Assembly (NCBI GenBank): GCA_964658305.1
Contig: OZ210885.1
Location: 1,798,001-1,862,000 of the forward strand
Source: Leptogorgia sarmentosa
Taxonomy: Eukaryota
DNA length: 64,000 nt
Direction: 5' to 3'
Shown here: one piece after another, positions 12,710-24,919 of the stretch
Layout: each line of letters begins with the position of its first letter
Numbering within the stretch: the first letter of the stretch is position 1
The notes under the pieces: generated by a model
The model's database searches: none
Told to the model about the DNA's origin: nothing
Seen by the model: only the letters and a program-made list of their open reading frames with translations
Translations under genes and position numbers: made by a program

Positions 12710-13063
12710 TTATAAATGGCGCCTCATGGCAGGCGGCGAATCATTTGTGTCCGGTTTGTACACTGCGCCTTGGTATTGTTGCTCCGCGTGTGGCTGAAAA
12801 CACATCGGCTCTCCTTGTTGTGCGGGGTATAATTGTAGCTCTTGGATCGAAATGACTGTGTTAGTTGCTGAAGGCTGCGTTACTATGGTACAGCCTTGAC
12901 GACGACGTCTTGAGGCACAGTAACAGCAAAACACAACCACAGTAGGTAGTAGAACACCGATGACGATAGTTGCAATGATCCAATCTGGCAGAACTTTTGT
13001 CTCAATGCCATTTGCCATAGCGAAGGTTAAATAAAAAACGGTAGTTATTGTTATATACGCCAT
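12710..13063 (-). CDS. Small single-pass membrane protein (Shisa/CYYR1-like layout), about 117 aa
   Basis: Signal-like MAYITITTVFYLTFAMANG, TM segment WIIATIVIGVLLPTVVVF, juxtamembrane CCYC-x-x-RRRR, and a P/Q/Y-rich cytoplasmic tail. Confidence 0.6.
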   Translation of the reverse strand: MAYITITTVFYLTFAMANGIETKVLPDWIIATIVIGVLLPTVVVFCCYCASRRRRQGCTIVTQPSATNTVISIQELQLYPAQQGEPMCFQPHAEQQYQGAVYKPDTNDSPPAMRRHL

Positions 13064-14282
13064 GGCTTGTTTATGCATGTAAGTGAAAAATTGTGAAAAA
13101 TTATTATTTCCTTTTAATATACAAGTTAATAATTTACCAGTTGCCACGGTAACGTATTTGCTGCTTCAATTCGCTTTCTCACATTAATTTTTTTGTAACT
13201 GAGAATAAAAAAAATTATTTCCTTTCCTGTCTTATGACTTTTATTAAAGCAACAATAGTCAGCTGTTTCGCATTTCCCCCCTCATTTTTAATTGGCCGGT
13301 TGTACGAAGTCAGGTTTAGGCAGATAAGCTGAGATAAAAACAAGTCTATTAACTCATTGAACATTGAACAACAAAACTGAAAGTTTTCAACATGCATATA
13401 GAACAACTATAACTACCACTACGTATTTAGTGCATGAAATTTAAATTCATACGTTTGCAAGAGTTGCAATGTTGGAGTGTTATTAAATTTTCGTTTATCT
13501 ACCGTTTAGGCTAAACGGGCTTCGTACAACCAGCTCCAGCAATCGTTTATGGAGTTGCAATGATTAATGCAATGAAACCTATATAGCAAGTATAGACACC
13601 GGAGATTAAATCGGCAGACGCGGACATACATCTCAAATATACTATAAACCGAATGCGGACGCGAGACACATTCAAAAAATGGTAGATAAAGACATGAATG
13701 ACAGAAAGAATTATTGTGCGGATTGCGCGGGAATCTATTTTGGAATGCTACAACCCATCCTATCAATTATGTTTCGCTCTGCCTATTCATGTCAGCACTC
13801 TAGTATTTCTGAACGTTGCACAGTAGCCAAACAAGCCGAAGGTGAGGCAGCGTTCAACTGTTCAATGGATGTAATTTACGGCACGTTTCCAAATTCACCA
13901 TAAATTTTTAAGCAGCAAAATATCTACTCACTTCGCCACGAAAGGTCGGGAACTTCGTTTCAAGGATCAAGATTTTTTCGTGGCAGATTTTTTTTCTAAC
14001 CTGAACAGTTTTCAGTTTTCTAACCTCAACCGTGAATCGCAATAAATTATTCTTCCTTACTGTATAAAGACGATTGTTAAAATAGAAGTCCGTAGCAGAT
14101 GGTTCCAAAATATATAGATTCAGGGGAAAAAGAGGAATATGAAAGAAACAACAACAGTTAAGAAGTTTATTGAAGATTATAATTAATAACTGACGTACTG
14201 TATGCTTGAACTACGATGAAAGTAAATCACAGAAAAATTAATAAAGTAATAAAGTAGTGAAACATGATTACATAGTTCGTAT

Positions 14283-14709
14283 TTACTTGAATGCGTTCTT
14301 TGGATGGCTGAATTGACGGCGTTGAATAGCCTTCGCAATTTGCTCTTCGCTTGGAGGATCTTGAGTAAAGATATCAAATCCAACGTTGGTTGCTTGCCAG
14401 TCATCTTCATGGCTAGTCTGGGACGTCAGTAGCCACGTGGTGAGGATAACAGGCTTTGATTTTTTGTCAGGACTCAGTTCCATGTGGCCAGACCAACTGC
14501 AGGTGGAATGTGCATTGAGGTATTTGTTTTGGTATGTCACAACCCATCCTAATGTATCTCCTTGAGTGTCAAATCTGCCCACAAGGTCATATTCGTGCTC
14601 GGCTGTTCCAACAGCTGAACAGTATTTTCCGACAAAGCTTCCCTTAATCTCATCCCAACTTGTCAGAGTCATCGTCGATCCAAGTTCGTTGTGCCACTTG
14701 GACGATACC
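14283..14709 (-). CDS. Avidin/streptavidin-family biotin-binding protein (main exon; first exon unresolved)
   Basis: Avidin motifs WHNELGS, Y-C-SAV, LGWVV, HSTCSWSG, TTWLL and DDWQATNVGFDIFT. Acceptor CTCAG lies immediately upstream of 14709. Confidence 0.85.
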
Positions 14710-14938
14710 CTGAGATAATTGGCAACAAGCACTACAAGAAACAATTATAGATACCATAGCGATTTTAATTAACTGACTTAAAATCCATACGTTTTTCTAT
14801 CTTTTGCAACATTTAAACCGCATCTGTGTTATACGTATAGTTCGTAGGTTGTGCCTACGGTACCTCAAAAAGTCTCTAGAAAACGATTTTCATTGTCCAT
14901 GTCTTCAGTAGAACTGGAATATTTTGTACGGGAACTAA

Positions 14939-15065
14939 GGCCCATTTTAGACGTCGAATTTCCATTCAAATGCAATTCAAACAATAGTTAATGAGAAAAC
15001 ACAGCTCATTATCTATTGTTTGAATTGCATTCGACGCGACGGAAATTCGACGTCTAAAACGGGAC
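14939..15065. mobile_element. Palindromic MITE with TAA target duplication (PIF/Harbinger-like)
   Basis: GGCCCATTTTAGACGTCGAATTTCC and GGAAATTCGACGTCTAAAACGGGAC ends; inner arms ATGCAATTCAAACAATAG/CTATTGTTTGAATTGCAT; TAA on both sides. Related sequences lie at ~5760-5850 and ~50395-50495. Confidence 0.8.
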
Positions 15066-17333
15066 TAACACTTTTTATCACGCTGAATTGAAATCCGAAA
15101 AGTTCTCACTGACTTTTCTCACGAAATGCTGTTTTATGTTTACTAATTTCGTGACAACTTTTTCTTTGTTCAACGACAAGGATGGATAAAGACACAAGAC
15201 TGAGGTTAAAAGGGATGGAGGAGAGTTGGTTTTCAAAGAAGATTCAAGCTTTAAACAGTAAACGTCGAGTTCAGTTCAGCTCAGTTTATTGTTAATGTCA
15301 GATTTTGCTCAATATCTATTAGATCACAAGGACGTTTATGCTAAGACTTTTGGCTATATATCACTGGCCTAAATATAACTCCTTACATGGGATCAAAATA
15401 TTATATTATACAACCATTCAAAGCGCCGATCTTTGGTAATGAGTCGAATGAGTTAAATTTCGAACACTGTTTCGATCTGAGACGTAATTAAAGAGGTAGA
15501 TTGATTGAGATTCATTGCATTTGTATTAACACATCTGTTGGTGTTATTCTGTGTAACAAGCGAAAATTATTGGAGACTGGAGAGAGTACTTCAATTTAAG
15601 TTAAAGTACTGTATAACACGTTTTGTTTATATTACATGTATTTAGTGCAGATAATCATTGCAGTTCCAAAATCTAAGCACTTAATGGACTTAAAAAGACA
15701 TTTTGAAAAACAACCAGAATCATGGTACACTATGATCAGTGTAAGTTTATAAATAGAGATTTCAAGTCAGTTATGCTTAGCTTCTTGAATTTCATTATTA
15801 TTCTTATTAAACATGGATAATTGGATGGCTGTGCTTACTATAATTTGTTGCTTTAAAAAAGTTTTATCACACTTAACATTTTTTATTTTTTAGAACCCTC
15901 TTTATATATTCAATTTAGTGTTTGGTCTTGCAGATTAACCATTAAGAACTAGAATATGAAATTATGCTTATCTCAACACAATCATTCCGAACTGGAAGAG
16001 AAGTGAAGAAGTGAGAGGTCTCTGGAAACTTTAAATCGACTGTCGTATTTTGGCATACATAAAGCAAATAAATTTAAAGCAAATATGCTTATCAGTACAG
16101 CAAGAATTACTCTATCACTGGAGTTAGCAACAGCACGGTGCCTCTGCAATTGCAATTGTTAACGTTACGTTGCTTAGTGATTCAGCCTCCCTTTTCATAT
16201 ATATGCTTTCTGAAAGGGTATATGTATATATAGTTGTAATGACCACTCATCCAGTCTATCTATCGAGCTCAATGATTAAATTGCCTGGTTGCCAGGTTTT
16301 GAGCAAAAATTACGCGATTTTGTAAAAAATTTCCTTTTTATATTAAGATTGATTCTGTCCTGAAGTCTTTACCAACAACCCATCAACAGTATTTCATTTT
16401 AGCTTTGACCTAGTGGTTATACGTTAAGTTCGCTTTACTTTTAATACTTTTAATTGTTGCGTTGAAAGAGTATAAATTTTTAGGTCAGTCACATGAGCCA
16501 ATTAGAGTTTTGACATCAACATCCTTGAGCTTATTCAAACACATCGCTAAAACTGATGATTTTAGGAGCGTTATCTGCACTTTCGCTAAGTTGAGAACAA
16601 GATTTGTTGTTTATGTCTAAAGCGCCTAAAATTACATAATTCAAAATTAATCTTCTGAATGTTATCGATCGTGTCCTTATCCATCCATGTCGTTGAACAA
16701 AGAAAAACGTTGTCACGAAATCAGTGAACATCAAACAACATTTTGTGAGAAAACTGCGGGTCTAGCCAGTGAGATTAAGCGTGGTAAAATTGTTAGTTCC
16801 CTGCACCCCAACAAATATCTCAGTTCTAAAACATGGAGTTTAATGAAAGTAAACGATACCAGACAATATACACGGCCTATTTTCCAGTGAACAGTCTGAC
16901 AGAGAATAACATGTATATAAGGTGTCTAGTTTGAGATGTGCTAACAATATATCGGCTCTAGTACGCGCGCACAATACTGTAATGAATTATGAACTGGAAG
17001 AACTGTGTGATATATATCAACTTTGCCTCCAACAAGTTCAGCTTTTATCCAAATTCCCTGACATGAATAACTTCCGCTTTCATTGAATGTCGACAAATTT
17101 AAAAGCAACTTTCTTGAAAAATTTGTAGGCTCTCAATATAGTCAGTGGTTGATATTTTTGAATATATACCGAAACAATGCAATTGGCGAATGCCAAACAA
17201 CAAATTGAAAGCGAGCCTCTCTGAGCGAGCCTAGTGTACTGCACTGACTATCCAACCTACTGTAATGTCCGGCACGCTAGCTAGTTCGATTCAATTTATT
17301 TATCATAGCTGCAAAAGTTCTACTCACCACTTA

Positions 17334-17545
17334 GACCCCGTTCACACGGTACCGGATCGACTTCGTCACGACATCAAATTTAATATAGTTTCGATCAAGA
17401 CGAGTGTGGCTCTTAATCTATGGTGATATTGCTGAATTTAATAACAACTAATCATGGAAGAAGTGCACGGTAGGAGTAAAAATAACCTTAACTCACCGAA
17501 ATCAATGTCGTGAGTACGTGAACCCGGTACCGTGTGAACGGGGTC
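17334..17545. mobile_element. MITE with TTA target duplication (PIF/Harbinger-like)
   Basis: Perfect TIR GACCCCGTTCACACGGTACCGG / CCGGTACCGTGTGAACGGGGTC, with TTA at 17331-17333 and 17546-17548. Confidence 0.85.
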
Positions 17546-18521
17546 TTAAACGATACAATCACTGATTTGACTTTTTGAGTGAAGGCCTGCAATTCGGAAG
17601 TCGTAGAGAGGCCCTTGCTCAAAACTCGATCGAACGTTATTGTTTTGAGTGTATATATCGCTTGGTTAGGTATCGTGAAGTAGACACTATACCATTGCTA
17701 CTTGTTGTAACGTTGTTGTTCTTATATAGACCAGATAACGTTCGCGTGTTTGTGTGCATGTTCATTCCTTTTAGTATTAAATTCAACTGGGTGATATTTT
17801 CAACTGATAGAACTGTATATAAACCCCAAATTAAAGGAATTTAACCTAATAGTGCTTCCGTCATTATTAAGCTTTCCTATAGAACACGAATTTTATCAAA
17901 TTGTGACTCATGGCTGGGTTAACCTGCTTTGATATACACGAGAGATGTGGTGGGATTCATTCATAACGCGCTAAAGCGCTAGCATGGATGTATTATTCCC
18001 ACTGCCAGCAAGCATACAATATCTTCATGAAAATTAATGCATCTTATATCAGAAGGCGACGTATTTGCCACTCAAATGCAATGCAGGAAGCAAATCTGTA
18101 CTCATAATTAATCATATACATATAAATATATATTAGTATGACATACCTTTTGATAGATGCCTTATTGTTACGCTCATTTTTTAAAGGGGCTATAGAGAAA
18201 ACGGGTTTTCTTTAAAGTGCAAGATTACTGTCAGGTTTCGATTTGAAAGATTGCTTCCACGCCTGTCAAAAATGCCTGCGATATCTGAAGCACAGCGGTT
18301 ATTAATTCCTCTACTAGAAATACATATATGCCCTCGCTTCCCCTCGCCTTACTAACCAATTAATGCAACTATATTTTTGAAACATGAAGTACTTCAAAGG
18401 CTGCCTGAGGTTGTTGCCATGGCAACACGATCGGAAATGCATATTTCTGTATTTTTTTGAAAACAGTAAAAATATCAGCTTTTATTATAATAGTACACAC
18501 TCAGTGAGATACTGTTTTCAA

Positions 18522-18598
18522 TCGATATATCTTCACAGATATGGAAAATATTTTTATATACAGTGAGATATTTTCCATATCTGGGAAGATATATCGAT
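18522..18598. repeat. Inverted repeat / hairpin
   Basis: ATCGATATATCTTCACAGATATGGAAAATAT pairs with ATATTTTCCATATCTGGGAAGATATATCGAT (one mismatch). Confidence 0.8.
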
Positions 18599-18665
18599 CA
18601 CGTGATCACATCCCGCCAATAAATTTGTTTTCAAAATGGCGGCGTTCATCTAAGAGTGGCGATCC

Positions 18666-18770
18666 AATTTTTGTATCTGCGAATTCGCAGATATATATGC
18701 TATGACCCTGTTAGCTGTTAGCTTCTAGCTGTTAGCTTCTAGCTGTTGGCTTCTAGCCAATCAGCGACGA
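18666..18770 (-). mobile_element. Second copy (end fragment) of the repeat family at 211-658
   Basis: The reverse complement reads CTGATTGGCTAGAAGC..AACAGC..TAGCATATATATCTGCGAATTCGCAGATACAAAAATTG. Confidence 0.65.
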
Positions 18771-19139
18771 GCTTTTGTTTACAATGACGTAATGCAAGAT
18801 GGCGGCCTTCGAGGAGTGAAGGCGATGTTTCGATGGGATTTTTGCGAAAATGTGAAGTGCAGTGTTTAAGTACGACGGCTTAAGCAAACAATGTTGACTT
18901 TGCAGGTCCCTGTCAATGTCCAGTTGTAATTTAAGACGTATTAAAGCATTTGAGACGGCAACGTGCTGTTTTATCGACCTTTCGATTTGTAAATTGAAAA
19001 TGCGTGCAGAGCACACTGTACAGATGCCCCCACTCATGAACGGTTTTGTCACAGCACGCTATATAAAAACTGGATATATTCTGTTGAAGTAGCCCAATCG
19101 GCAGCGAGATGCTTTTGTTGTTCCTGTTCGCAGTTAAAT

Positions 19140-19436
19140 GGTCGGTACTAGATCATGGGTGAGATATGCACATATCCGCGACTGCTGTACATTCACGTCA
19201 GCGGTGATAGAAATTTCTATTGGCGTATTCACAAAATAAACCAGTCCCAAACCATAAATCTGACCCTAACCTTTGGTTATGGTTTGGGACTGGTGGTTAG
19301 GGTCAGATTTATGGTTTGGGACTGGTTTATTTTGTTTTATTTTGTGAATACGCCAATAGAAATTTCTATCACCGCTGACGTGAATGTACAGCAGTCGCGG
19401 ATATGTGCATATCTCACCCATGATCTAGTGCCGACC
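19140..19436. mobile_element. Foldback/MITE element forming a near-perfect hairpin with ~130-bp arms
   Basis: GGTCGGTACTAGATCATGGGTGAGATATGC...CTGACCCTAACC is mirrored by GGTTAGGGTCAG...CATGATCTAGTGCCGACC. GTTAAAT occurs on both flanks as an imperfect TSD. Confidence 0.85.
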
Positions 19437-20327
19437 AGGTTAAATCTAATCATATTCAAGATGGCGGTTCAAAATTGAAATAAGGCCAAAACGATATAAT
19501 TAAATAATTTAATGACATTTACTTGTAATATAATATTAGGTAATCTCAGTTATATGACGATATTCAGTATAAAGCCATCGTTTTATGCATATCGGAGGCA
19601 CAGTCACGGAGAAAGTCCGTACGTTATTAGGACTAATATAAACTTGAATTTGGTGCGAAATACTACATTTATTTGCATGAAACGTTTTAAATATAAAATA
19701 TTCAAGTCAGTCTTTCATATGAAACAATTTCCTGCCAATGTTTTATGTTCGCTCGTGTTCTTTTGGGGTAAAGTTTGTAAATATTTTGTGAAATCCTGCC
19801 TTTAAAACGATACACTTATACTCTGGAATTGAGCCGTGAATAGATTAAATGCGGCTACGGCTACCTTTCATACAAATAGTAGACTGTAGATAGTAAATAC
19901 GCAAAACAAAAGTTCACTGCCGACAACATATTGACGAACTTATCTTGTGTTTCAATCCGTGGTCGTTTGTTCCCCTTTCTCGATCAGCGTTTTATATCTT
20001 CTGAGAAGGCTTTTCAAGTCTTATAGCGTAGATCTTGTCTTTGTTTTCGCCTTTCCAAAGGACCAAAAGCTTTAAAAAGCTTCGGCTCTTCTTGATAGTC
20101 CGGCATAATTTTGAGATCAGTGATGACCACCCTTACACCCATAACCCAATATGGCGGCGAACTGACTTTCAACTTCGCTATGCCCTCCTTTACCCGGGTG
20201 TAAATAGCCGTGCAGCAACCCCCCGCGATCGCCTTACTAACCAATATTAATGAAACTATATTTTTGGAACATGAAGTACTTCAAAGGCTCCCTGAGGTTG
20301 TTGTCATGGCAACACGATCGGAAATTA

Positions 20328-20736
20328 GCCTTTTCACGCCATGCGACCAGGCCTTAAAATCCGCCATTTTTGGGTGGCAAAATCATTGTTTTTGTCGATT
20401 ATCTGTTATCAAAACAAAAAAGATAAAATTTTTCGCTTGTAAACAATTGTTTGTCACTTAGTCAATTCATAAGTGTTGAAAATTTGAATTAAATTGCAAA
20501 ATTTTTCCGTGTAAACACTTGCCAAAAATATTCATTTTTTCATCCCGTGTTTTCTTGGCGAAGTTTCAACATTTTGTGCTGAAACTTCACACATAGTTAC
20601 CGACAGTCTCGTATTTAGTAAAATACGATAAATTTGGTTTAAATGTTGTTTCTATAAAACAAAATTTACATAATTCAACCATTTTGCCACCCAAAAATGG
20701 TGGATTTAAGGCCTGGTCGCATAGCGTGAGAAAGGC
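20328..20736. mobile_element. MITE with ~55-bp TIRs and TTA flanks, nested in a duplicated segment
   Basis: GCCTTTTCACGCCATGCGACCAGGCCTTAAAATCCGCCATTTTTGGGTGGCAAAAT and ATTTTGCCACCCAAAAATGGTGGATTTAAGGCCTGGTCGCATAGCGTGAGAAAGGC. The empty paralogous site is at ~18430-18445. Confidence 0.85.
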
Positions 20737-20869
20737 TTATTCATATTTCTGTATTTTTTTGAAAACAGTCAAAATATCAGCTTTTATCTTGTTTTATTGG
20801 CATTTTTAAAATTAATTTGAAGAACCATTTGTTATCCGTACGTTATTAGGACTAATATAAACTTGAATT

Positions 20870-22903
20870 CCCAGCTAGCACACAACGTTATCCCAACGTT
20901 GGTTAAATGTTGTATTTAGGTTAAGTCATGACTTAACGTAAATACAACATTCCCACCACATTGTTTTACTTATTTGAAATGACAACACGTTGGGTCAACG
21001 TTGTTGGAATGTTAAGTTTAACGTTCGATGATTTGATATTTTTACGTTATATAGTAACGTTGTATCCACGTTGGTTGAACGTTGTGATAAACGTTTGATA
21101 AAGGTGATATTTCGACGTCGTAAAGTTACGTTGTACTAACGTTGGTTGAACGTTGTGACTAACGTTAGATAAACGTGATTTTTCGGTTATATAGTTACGT
21201 TGTACTAACGTTGGTTGAACGTTGTGATAAACGTTTGATAAAGGTGATATTTCGACGTCGTAAAGTTACGTTGTACTAACGTTGGTTGAACGTTAAGACA
21301 AACGTTTGATGAAGGTGATATCTTCACGTCGTATAGTAACGTTGTATCAACGTTGCTTGTACGTTGTGGCTAACGTTAGATAAACGTGATTTTTCGGTTA
21401 TATAGTAACGTTGTATCAACGTTGGTTGAACGTTGTGATGAACGTTTGATAAAGGTGATATTTCGACGTCGTAAAGTTACGTTGTACTAACGTTGGTTGA
21501 ACGTTAAGATAAACGTTTGATAAAGGTGATCTTCACGTCGTATAATAACGTTGTATCAACGTTGCTTGAACGTTGTCATGAACGTTAGATAAATAATATT
21601 AATAAACAAGAAAAAGCTTTGTCAATTTTGCGTGTGCTATTAAGTGCCACCAAAGGCGTAAACGACGAGATATTAGAAGATATTATTCCAATTGCGTTGG
21701 ACTCTGTAGACCAACTTGAGGAGTTATGTTTGCGTTTAAAAGATCTCTGGTCACAATACGGTTTCAAAGGCAGAAAAGCAAAAAGACCATTTAAAGAGCT
21801 TGCAATATGCAAAGTTGTGAGTAAGTACAATTGAAGATGATACAACAGTTCTATTGTATAGATGGTTGAAATTTCGGTCAGGTGGTTAGAATACTGACAC
21901 CACGTTTTTTTTATTTTTATCTTCCATGTTAGAAGCATGCATGAGAGCTCAGAGAGAAATAACGGAGATAAATGTTAAGGAGCAGATTGGGGAAGTCTTG
22001 AAATATGCTGCAAGCAAGGCTGGAGGTTCCAGGTTCAAGGTAATAAACAAATGATTCTTCCTATTTTGTCCTAGTATGTTTGATGTATTAAATATTTGAT
22101 GAATTATATGCACATACAAATATACGTGTGTGTGCACGTAAAAGGCGTTCATAGTTTGTAAATAGCTAGAATATGCATATTGATGTCGAATCGCTCTTCT
22201 TTGCAGAACCGTAAAAATCCGATAGCGGTGAATCAAAGTGGAAGTGGAACCATCGTCATAACGTGATATAACATTTATGTTTAGAGTTTAGGGTTTTGTA
22301 GCTATATGAATAACTATGCTTGTGAATAACTCCCTTTTTTAGAAATCAATAAAATGTTAAGACAATTTTTAATTGTTTTATATACATGAATTATTTTGCT
22401 ACAATGGCCGACGTGGGAATGGAGTTCCAATTGTATCAACAAGCAGCCAAAGGTCTACTTTAAACCAAAACGATACGGAAACAGAAAGATCGACGTTTCG
22501 AGAAAAAAGCCTTCGTCGGGGAATTAGTATGCACAAAAGGCCGAATCTGTTTGCATTTTTTATTACGGATTGTGCTAACTTTTCTAACGTTATTTGCACG
22601 TTTTTACAAACGTTAGTACTAACGTTGTTACCACGTTCCTACGAGTTCACAAAACGACGTTCACACAACGTTAATTATAATGTTATCTAAACGTTGGACG
22701 AACGTCGAAACAACGTCGCTTGAACGTTGGCTTAAACGTTGAACGAACGTTATAATAACGTTACTTCCAACGTTAGTATTAACGTTGTTACCACGTTCCT
22801 ACGAGTTCACAAAAAGACGTTCACACAACGTCAATCACAACGTTATCTAGACGTTCGACGAACGTCGAAACAACGTTGCTACAACGTGATTGTGCTAGCT
22901 GGG
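20870..22903. mobile_element. Non-autonomous EnSpm/CACTA (CMC)-like DNA transposon, about 2.03 kb
   Basis: Termini CCCAGCTAGCACA..AACGTT and AACGTGATTGTGCTAGCTGGG with TT on both sides (2-bp TSD). Long subterminal AACGTT-rich tandem arrays lie at ~20885-21590 and ~22585-22890, with an internal coding relic between them. Confidence 0.75.
21619..22040 (+). pseudogene. DUF4806-like accessory ORF relic inside the transposon
   Basis: IPIALDSVDQLEELC..LWSQYGFKGRKAKRPFKELAICKVV, then an intron, then ACMRAQREITEINVKEQIGEVLKYAASKAGGSRFK (from 21933). The pattern resembles DUF4806 with an internal deletion. Confidence 0.5.
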
Positions 22904-23007
22904 TTTGCTATAAAAATATTATAGCAATATGCTAATAATGGTAGTTATGAGAATATTTATTTTTGAATTTTGATACAACAGTATTTTTGTTCATAACCGA
23001 CATACTG

Positions 23008-23241
23008 TTATAAATGGCGCCTCATGGCAGGCGGTGAATCATTTGTGTCCGGTTTGTACACTGTGCCTTGGTATAGTTGCTCCGCGTGTGGCTGAAAACA
23101 CATCGGCTCTCCTTGTTGTACGGGATATAATTGTAGCTCTTGGATTGAAATGACTGTGTTAGTTGCTGAGGGCTGTGTTACTATGGTACCGCCTTGACGA
23201 CGACGTCTTGCGGCACAGAAACAGCAAAACACGACCACAGT
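23008..23241 (-). pseudogene. 5'-truncated duplicate of the membrane protein gene at 12710..13063
   Basis: Near-identical C-terminal ~77 codons and 3' flank. Similarity stops in the middle of the TM segment, and the signal/TM start is missing. Confidence 0.75.
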
Positions 23242-24447
23242 AGCACAGTATAAAAGATACAGTAGTCCAACTCATTGTTTTTTTGTAAGCTGTATTCGTC
23301 ATGATACGTCACTCAGCAAGTGCCCTAAACAGAATCATTCAAAGACAATCTGAAGGCGAGGCAGCGTTCAACTGTTCAATGGATGTAATTTACGGCACGT
23401 TCCCAAATTCAATAAATTTTTAAGCAGCAAAATATCTACTCACTTCGCTAAGAAAGGCCGGGAACTTCGTTTCAAGGCTTTTCTTTTGGAAAATGATTTT
23501 TTCGCGGGAGCTGTTTTTTCTAACCTGAACAGCTTTGATATACCTTGTGCCGTTTGTGTAAAAGTCCTAACTGTACGTATACGTTTTAACTACATATTAT
23601 AGAAAGAACATAGAAAAACTACAAAAACTGCAGAACTTTGCGGCCCGAATAATCACAGGAACACAGAAATATGAGCATATTACTCCAATACTAAAACAAC
23701 TGAATTGGCTACCTATCTCAGATATGTTAATTAAAATACATTGTTGGCGTTCTAACGTTCAAATGTCTGAATGGACAAGCCCCTGATCTCAATTCATATT
23801 TTCAGGAAAGATCATCTTTGCATGATAGAAACACCAGAAATAAAAAAAAAACTTAACATTCCAGCTTATATATAGGTCGGCAACCGGACAACGAACATTT
23901 GAATATCAAGCAGTATCCCTGTGGAATTCTTTACCAGTCATATTACTAGTACTGAACATGACAATTTTAAAGATTTTAAAAGATATTTTCATAATTATCT
24001 GTTTGAACTTTTTCTTTTAAAATCTAAATAAACTTATCTAATAAAACTGTAAATATATTAAACTGTAAATATATTATAGAATAACCTAGATATAATTGTA
24101 TATGTAAATTAATCTGAAAAATAATAATAATAATAATTATATACATATTACTTATCACTCCAAAATAGGCGTAATTTTGTGGTTGGTTAACTTTACCACT
24201 GACTATAGTTAATTTCAACTAGGCCGCTGGGGTAAAATAATATTATTTAATGGAAAATTTATGGTGACTAGCGCTAAAAAAACCTTCAAGAAACTTCAAC
24301 GTTTCAGTTACGTAATATTCAGGCTTTTGAATAGCATCCAAATAACTTTGATTCTTATGCAATGGGTCAAAAAACGTTGCAATTCTTCTATGGTAAGAAT
24401 GGAGGAAAGTTCAGACTAGGAAAAGGTTAAATTTGTCCCTCCTTATC

Positions 24448-24919
24448 CTAATCTGAGGCGTGAGTAGATAAGGCGAACGCAAAATCCCATAACTGTCGAA
24501 GAAAATTTCTCTTCTTCATTTTCGTTTCAAAATCTTCAGGGAGCGCAATCTTTAAAGCGACTTCACAACGTTTAAATTGAGACTTAAAGTCGCCAGGATC
24601 CTCGCGCGGCCTCGAAAACTCCTCCACCTCATCGTAATACACTGTCAACGCGGATAAGAAGTCATTCTTAACATCTGTGCTTGCAGGTAAATGTTGGGAC
24701 TTGGTAATTCGAACCAAGCGAACATCTTTCCAGAGACCTTTATCAACAGAAAACGGCTGGTCATCAGTGGAAGCTGGCTTCAATACGTTGGCGTATTTCT
24801 CGTAATCTGTGCCAGAAATTTCATCTTGTTTCAAAGTCGCTCGTGACTGCAGCAAGAAACGTATGTCAACTTCACGGCCATCAAGAATGAATTGTTCACT
24901 TTCTCGCTCTTCGTCTTGT
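24448..24919 (-). CDS. Helicase-RdRP gene, last coding exon
   Basis: Acceptor TATTTAG at 24920-24921. A phase-2 join gives R-QDEERESEQFILDGREVDIRFLLQSR; the stop ends at 24448. Confidence 0.75.

Noticed and set aside
19262..19302. CCCTAACC/GGTTAGGG as telomeric sequence
   Set aside because: Single units within the hairpin arms, not an array.
19155..19478. 107-aa ORF with a hydrophobic core
   Set aside because: It is a by-product of the palindromic element.
20885..21590. Regularly spaced repeats resembling a CRISPR array
   Set aside because: The units are tandem with no unique spacers, there are no cas genes, the context is eukaryotic, and they lie inside a TIR element.
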